Shown piece by piece: positions 62,301-64,000 of a DNA stretch of 64,000 bases. The notes under the pieces are model-generated. The model ran no database searches, was not told the origin of the DNA, and saw only the letters and a program-made list of their open reading frames with translations. This stretch comes from Nemertoderma westbladi (taxonomy: Eukaryota > Animalia > Xenacoelomorpha). The stretch's first letter is position 1; each line of letters starts with the position of its first letter. The position numbers and the translations under genes are program-made. The DNA lies in assembly GCA_032718475.1 (NCBI GenBank), contig JAUCBJ010004672.1, positions 7,333 to 71,332 on the forward strand, written 5' to 3'.

Positions 62301-62942
62301 ACTTTGTCGCGTACCTTGCCGCATCGGGATCGAAAAAACGAGATCGGAAATCAGCTTGATTATTTTAAATCTCCAAAAAGCCCCAAATCTGTTCCTTTTT
62401 TGTTGCGACCGCCACAGATATTTGAGTTGAGGTTAATGATGATTATCCCCCGTCATGCATCATAATATTCATACTAACCTTATGTCGGACAGTGGTATAT
62501 CATTTTATTTTTAAATTGATGTGGAATACGCTGTGTTTTCGTATCCCTTACCATTAACCGTATTTCCTTAACCATTAACCGTATTTCCCTTACCATTAAC
62601 CGTATTTCCTTAACCATTAACCGTATTTCCCTCCCCATTAGCCGTATTTCCCTCCCCATTAGCCGTATTTCCCTCCCCATTAACCGTATTTCCCTTACCA
62701 TTAACCGTATTTCCCTTACCATTAACCGTATTTCCCTTACCATTAACCGTATTTCCCTTACCATTAACGCAGGTACACAACCCCCGAATCGGCACAGAAG
62801 AACCGACCCATCAACCCATCCCGGGTTCTACATTTCTTCAACGTCCCACCTCACCATGGCGACGGGGATCTAAAGGATGCCCTAAGTAAAACAGGATCTC
62901 CCGCCCCAGTCGATATTCTATTCTTCGAGTCAAAGAACCCCA
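11256..62942 (+). CDS. HNRNPL: Heterogeneous nuclear ribonucleoprotein L (hnRNP L / smooth) family gene; 10 exons visible, 3' end beyond the window
   Basis: join(11256-11369,15718-15821,16169-16318,16797-17043,17868-17949,35965-36060,42692-42864,49726-49968,50653-50873,62773-62942). All introns GT-AG with matching phases, giving one open frame. Contains hnRNP L signatures [68 protein letters not shown]. Confidence 0.92.
12109..14345 (-). mobile_element. Decayed pogo/Tigger-like (DDE_1) DNA transposon with CENP-B-type HTH and C-terminal PHD finger, in hnRNP L intron 1
   Basis: [12 protein letters not shown] (HTH); [47 protein letters not shown] (DDE triad region); [20 protein letters not shown] (PHD-like). 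Multiple stops and frameshifts; TIRs not identified. Confidence 0.85.
15718..15821 (+). CDS. HNRNPL: hnRNP L exon 2 (RRM1 first half)
   Basis: TTTCAG|GGT.. [26 protein letters not shown] ..AT|GTAAGT; aligns with RRM1 VVHIRGL..EADLVEALQEFGPI. Confidence 0.82.
16169..16318 (+). CDS. HNRNPL: hnRNP L exon 3 (RRM1 second half)
   Basis: TTACAG|A.. [36 protein letters not shown] ..AG|GTCAGT; phases 2/2. Confidence 0.8.
16378..16488 (-). mobile_element. Short tRNA-derived SINE-like element
   Basis: Minus strand TAGCTGAATGGTTAG (A box) ... GTTCGATCCCACC (B box), then a 41-bp tail repeated in inverted orientation at 16724-16764; similar head at 50285-50358. Confidence 0.6.
16797..17043 (+). CDS. HNRNPL: hnRNP L exon 4 (RRM2)
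   Basis: CTTTAG|C.. [56 protein letters not shown]|GTAAGC. Confidence 0.96.
17868..17949 (+). CDS. HNRNPL: hnRNP L exon 5 (RRM2 C-terminal extension)
   Basis: CCATAG|[24 protein letters not shown]|GTAAGT, matching PTRLNVFKNDQDTWDYT. Confidence 0.92.
17973..18465. repeat. Variable ~22-30-bp AC-rich minisatellite just downstream of exon 5
   Basis: Core AGTAACAGAGCTCCGTAACAGTC with optional ACCATT, about 18 copies. Confidence 0.9.
18541..21530. mobile_element. ~3-kb foldback (long inverted-repeat) non-autonomous DNA element with TA flanks
   Basis: Left end TA|CGGGTCATTCCATGTCAAATCATCCAG, right end CTGGATGACTTGACATGGAATGACCCC|TA. Arms are reverse-complementary for about 1.4 kb (e.g. 18901 AAATATTTTTGACTTCTAATTTCC vs ~21143 GGAAATTAGAAGTCAAAAATATTT); short central spacer ~19965-20095; no ORF. 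Confidence 0.88.
22347..35901. repeat. 59-bp satellite array (about 230 copies, 13.5 kb) in hnRNP L intron 5
   Basis: Unit CGGGGTCCAGTCCCCCATGGTGGGTTATATTGTAAGTAACGACTAGAGGCTCTGTGTGT; 57- and 61-bp indel variants. Confidence 0.98.
35965..36060 (+). CDS. HNRNPL: hnRNP L exon 6 (linker)
   Basis: TTATAG|GG TTT GAG.. [24 protein letters not shown] ..G|GTGAGT; 96 nt, phase 1/1; ALL motif comparable to hnRNP L linker PPLLG. Confidence 0.7.
   Translation, partial: GLRRQLCFLLHLGCQLTIDTARLVSQCPVRQ
37107..37985 (+). CDS. Intronless single-pass membrane protein: signal peptide, Cys-rich ectodomain, TM, GPQGMV repeats, PPxY motifs, C-terminal PDZ ligand ETSV; nested in hnRNP L intron 6
   Basis: 292-aa open ORF. 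Hydrophobic [13 protein letters not shown] (true start may be this later Met); repeats [18 protein letters not shown] and [17 protein letters not shown]; [33 protein letters not shown] followed by RRRRERR; PPDY and PPAY; AATAAA at 38136. Confidence 0.8.
   Translation: MLIMSTNIFIYQVTMLFYVLSILILSQITTTVTLEDKCLDKKCSCTDNLRCEVNSVAKYCLYMGITLKHYCVECTDDIHCKDGIRPICGKSLYRCVQCREETHCTTDKPRCNAFGQCDNAVGEDSGVHDLGISLFILSIVVPILVCVVLCVCVPIWVVVYNRRRRERRNLLATSGAMGQGMGPQGMMGPQGMVGPQGMVGPGMMGPQGMVGPQGMVGPQGMVGPQGMVGPQGMVGPQGMVGPQGMMGPSYGPPPPDYSAAPPAYGPRFTDIEKIEGDESTSAPKPIQQETSV
38752..39366 (+). CDS. Tandem paralog of the Cys-rich single-pass membrane protein, C-terminally truncated
   Basis: 204-aa ORF with [17 protein letters not shown] and [55 protein letters not shown] repeats. 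Shares 5' flank (TATAATATC.AACCCAGTA, TTTGG.TAATTAAAT) and 3' flank (CCAACAGGAGAC.AGTGTTTAATAGCTGCGCCTAGT) with paralog 1; AATAAA at 39581. Confidence 0.68.
   Translation: MLLMKSRNCLLYEVTLMFYGISIGHCYFGPKCNCDELKPICTENKKCVECEDDSHCNANKPICHPMGGECVECLKKDHCKLEDKPVCENFECAPGPLTTTPLPPGIKVAGLGLGVFIIVVIIPGLVCSFFSVVVPMSLMERRRNQWARGNQWVSPEMVGQPGLVGQPGLVGQPGLVGQPGLVGPPGLVMPPTGYPLPGTDDDSW
39697..39777. repeat. 16-bp minisatellite
   Basis: GATTGATAGTAATTGT, about 5 copies. Confidence 0.85.
40468..42585. repeat. 15-bp satellite (about 141 copies)
   Basis: Unit CCGCTATRCTCCATC; explains the 809/750/743-aa repetitive ORFs. Confidence 0.97.
42692..42864 (+). CDS. HNRNPL: hnRNP L exon 7 (Gly/Pro/Met-rich linker)
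   Basis: CCTAG|GT ATG AAC.. [40 protein letters not shown]|GTAAGT; phase 1/0 fits neighbours. Confidence 0.75.
43817..44400. repeat. 68-bp tandem repeat (about 8.5 copies)
   Basis: Unit TCTGTAACCTGCTCCTTTCCCTCAATTAGTTAAATGATCGTTTATTGTTTTGGTTAGAAAATCCCGTC; starts at 43823 and 43891. Confidence 0.92.
44872..44942 (+). mobile_element. Degenerate tRNA-like SINE head
   Basis: GTAGTCCAGTGG (A-box-like) ... GAGGTTCAATCC (B-box-like); no full cloverleaf. Confidence 0.4.
45060..45352. repeat. AT-rich ~21-bp minisatellite
   Basis: AAAGTTTAGTTATAATAACTT variants. Confidence 0.85.
46268..46450 (+). mobile_element. tRNA-derived SINE (head and core), continuing into the 63-bp satellite
   Basis: TGGTCTAGTGG (A box), GGTTCGATCCC (B box), then a TTTCATCCTTC..GGTCGATAAATG core resembling conserved metazoan SINE bodies (from recall). 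Confidence 0.65.
46449..49282. repeat. 63-bp satellite (about 44 copies)
   Basis: Unit GTGGAAGGGTTTACTGTGGAAGATCACCCATGGTGGTGAACAGGCATTCCTTTAGGAAACAGA, with AAAGATC insertion variants. Confidence 0.96.
49726..49968 (+). CDS. HNRNPL: hnRNP L exon 8 (RGG-like linker + RRM3 start)
   Basis: TTACAG|GAC.. [40 protein letters not shown]|GTGAGT. Confidence 0.93.
50285..50358 (+). mobile_element. tRNA-derived SINE head
   Basis: GTCAGAATGGTTTGGGCGTCCGACTTCTAACCCGAAGGTTACAGGTTCGATCCCACC; B box intact, acceptor stem not; similar to the intron-3 copy. Confidence 0.55.
50653..50873 (+). CDS. HNRNPL: hnRNP L exon 9 (RRM3)
   Basis: CCCCAG|ATT TCG TTT ATG.. [40 protein letters not shown]|GTTACA. Confidence 0.94.
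51113..51240. repeat. GACAGTGAGACT / GACA short tandem repeat
   Basis: 12-bp and 4-bp periodic tract. Confidence 0.8.
51321..52330. repeat. 40-45-bp minisatellite
   Basis: Unit GGCAGCTGTCTGAGAGCGGATGGAAGGCGTCGGATTGAGA. Confidence 0.95.
52293..53150. repeat. ~88-bp tandem repeat containing the 40-bp unit (about 10 copies)
   Basis: Unit CAGCTGTCTGAGAGCGGATGGAAAGGCGTCGGATTGAGACAGACTTTAAAGTGAAACCCGTGAGTGGTGGCGCATCGAGTAACGCAT. Confidence 0.93.
53711..58501. repeat. 47-bp GT-rich satellite (about 102 near-identical copies)
   Basis: Unit GGTGTACGTTTGTTTGTAGGTGTTGGGTTAGGTTGTATGCTAATTCT. Confidence 0.98.
58643..58896. mobile_element. MITE-like element with terminal inverted repeats
   Basis: GGGGGGAAACTGGACGCAA (58648) and TTGCGTCCAGTTCCCCCC (58858); second internal copy of the left TIR at ~58687; interior carries one monomer of the 68-bp repeat. 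Confidence 0.55.
59140..59396 (+). promoter_or_regulatory. Candidate promoter of the nested Cys-loop gene
   Basis: Palindromic CRE ATGACGTCAT (59147-59156), CCAAT (~59321), YY1-like AAATGGCG (~59346); motif match only. Confidence 0.35.
59397..60593 (+). CDS. Intronless Cys-loop ligand-gated ion channel subunit, anion-selective (GABA-A/glycine-receptor-like), nested in hnRNP L intron 9
   Basis: Signal peptide [19 protein letters not shown]; WNDARL, IWVPSLY; Cys-loop [15 protein letters not shown]; M1 [17 protein letters not shown]; M2 [13 protein letters not shown]; M3 [19 protein letters not shown]; ~20-aa M3-M4 loop; M4 [16 protein letters not shown]. 398 aa with no disruption. Confidence 0.95.
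   Translation: MNFSYIFIIAVSMATCVCASDEVVVPPGVVKELRDKVVSPEYDKYNLPIINGRSGPVSVGIQVTFTHIGDIDDLALSFHADLFLIMIWNDARLTFQHSAPVFLPSDFMKQIWVPSLYIANEIKSEKHDVPRPSSSLLIAPNGDIRASERISVKATCDFDFRDFPMDSQHCSLRFQSYAYPQNRVKFRFDNMTSPISKYFNCTSDIGVRILGSELQVQQHFPISMQDMSTNDTVVVEPGLGTYSEVEIFLRFKRRIISYMINLYIPANLIIVMSWLGFWIPRNLVPARATLAITTVLTFATLILSAVKGFPQVAYIKAIDVAFAIGFFMVFAALFEFTAVCYFGKRDEAAPADARRCRFRAETIDFYAKLAFPCFYLIFTIVYISYYVPNAVMSAASLF
61086..62325. repeat. 12-bp degenerate satellite (about 100 copies)
   Basis: Unit CCTTGCCGCATA; explains the CRIP/PHTL/MRQG repeat ORFs. Confidence 0.95.
62540..62768. repeat. 21-bp minisatellite abutting the exon 10 acceptor
   Basis: Unit CCATTAACCGTATTTCCCTTA, about 11 copies, ending CCATTAACGCAG|. 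Confidence 0.92.
62773..62942 (+). CDS. HNRNPL: hnRNP L exon 10 (RRM3-4 linker, RRM4 start)
   Basis: ACGCAG|G TAC ACA ACC.. [27 protein letters not shown] ..CCC A|GTTAGT, matching RFSTPEQAAKNRIQHPSNVLHFFNAP. Confidence 0.92.
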
Positions 62943-62993
62943 GTTAGTTAATTGGTTCACGGTCCTTGACATAAGTGACCATTATTACCGTAA

Positions 62994-63046
62994 TGTGTGT
63001 GTGTGTGTGTGTGTGTGTTAGTGTGTGTGTGTGTGTGTGTGTGTGT
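62994..63046. repeat. (TG)n microsatellite
   Basis: Two TG runs separated by TTA. Confidence 0.95.
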
Positions 63047-64000
63047 CCAGAGCGATATCTCAGTTATTTATTAATCAATCGAAACAAAATTTGGACAAAA
63101 GTTAGATATAGGGATGGCGAAGGCTCATACAAAAAATTGGGTGTCGAGATGGTATTTGTGCGATGTGAGCGCTATATTTGCGTGTTTTCGCATGGTTTAG
63201 GAAAAAGCTATCTTGTCATAGGGAACGCAATGAATGATTCTGATATTTGGCATGGAGGTACCTGAATTATTTCTAAATCGATTAACGGAGGCCGATTTTT
63301 AAATTTGGACCTATATTATGACCTAATTGAAGATTTAATTAAGGTAATTAATTAGCACTGCTAGTACTGTCTGATTGTCTGCCTGTAGTAGGCATACCGG
63401 ACCGGTACTACCGGACCACTGTAGGCCTATCTACCTATCTTCATACTGTCATAGGTCAGTACAGCAGTAGGTCCTAGCCTAGCCCTAGCAGTAAATATAA
63501 TATTTCGCCATGTTCGCAGGCGATTTCGCACTGACTACCGGTAGGCCTATGCAGCTATGCTATGAGATTAACCGTCCAGTCGTTCAGATGCATATGGTAC
63601 CGGTACTGGAACGGGTTACGGTTTAATCCTGCATTTGTCAATTACGACAATACCGGTACGACTTTGAGTACCGCTGTACCGGTACGCAGTAGCCTACCGT
63701 TACCGGTAGGCGTAGGCGGTAGACCTACGGTGCGATGGTAGCCAGCCGGTAGGTGGTAGGCTTACCGTACCGGTATAAATGTTGGCGGATGGCGGGATGA
63801 CGTCGTGTGGCGCGTAATTACTTACCGGTTGCCGGTAGACGCCTACCCAACTCGTAACTGGTGGTCGTGGTCGTGGTGGGATGAGCATGAGGTCGCCTAC
63901 GATGGGAACAAGTGAAAAGGAAACATAGGCCTACCCGAATGCCGAATGAAAACGTATTATTATTGTACTGATTAAGTAGGAGGACCGTGAACCCTCCAGG

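Noticed and set aside
60898-62465. CRIP/PHTL/MRQG repeat ORFs resembling metallothionein or keratin-associated proteins
   Set aside because: 12-bp satellite open in most frames; non-ATG starts and AT-rich non-coding leader.

Overview
Eukaryotic (metazoan, intron-rich, probably invertebrate) genomic DNA, roughly half tandem repeats. A + strand hnRNP L family gene, missed by the ORF track, can be spliced together by hand. It has 10 exons from 11256 to 62942 with consistent GT-AG phases, covering RRM1-RRM3 and the start of RRM4; the 3' end lies beyond the window. Its introns hold three intronless ORFs on the SAME strand: a tandem pair of Cys-rich single-pass membrane proteins (one with PPxY motifs and a C-terminal ETSV PDZ ligand, the other having lost that tail) and an intact anion-type Cys-loop channel subunit lacking the canonical GABA/glycine-binding residues. 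The introns also hold a decayed pogo-type DDE/PHD transposon, a 3-kb foldback palindrome, tRNA-derived SINEs and large satellites. Several satellites grew out of transposon bodies, and two carry sense-strand splice-site motifs in every unit. Upstream of the gene lie a 78-bp satellite, a disrupted RTE-like LINE and a hAT transposase remnant. Most long ORFs in the track are repeat artefacts. All calls come from reading the sequence and recalling family motifs; no database search was run.
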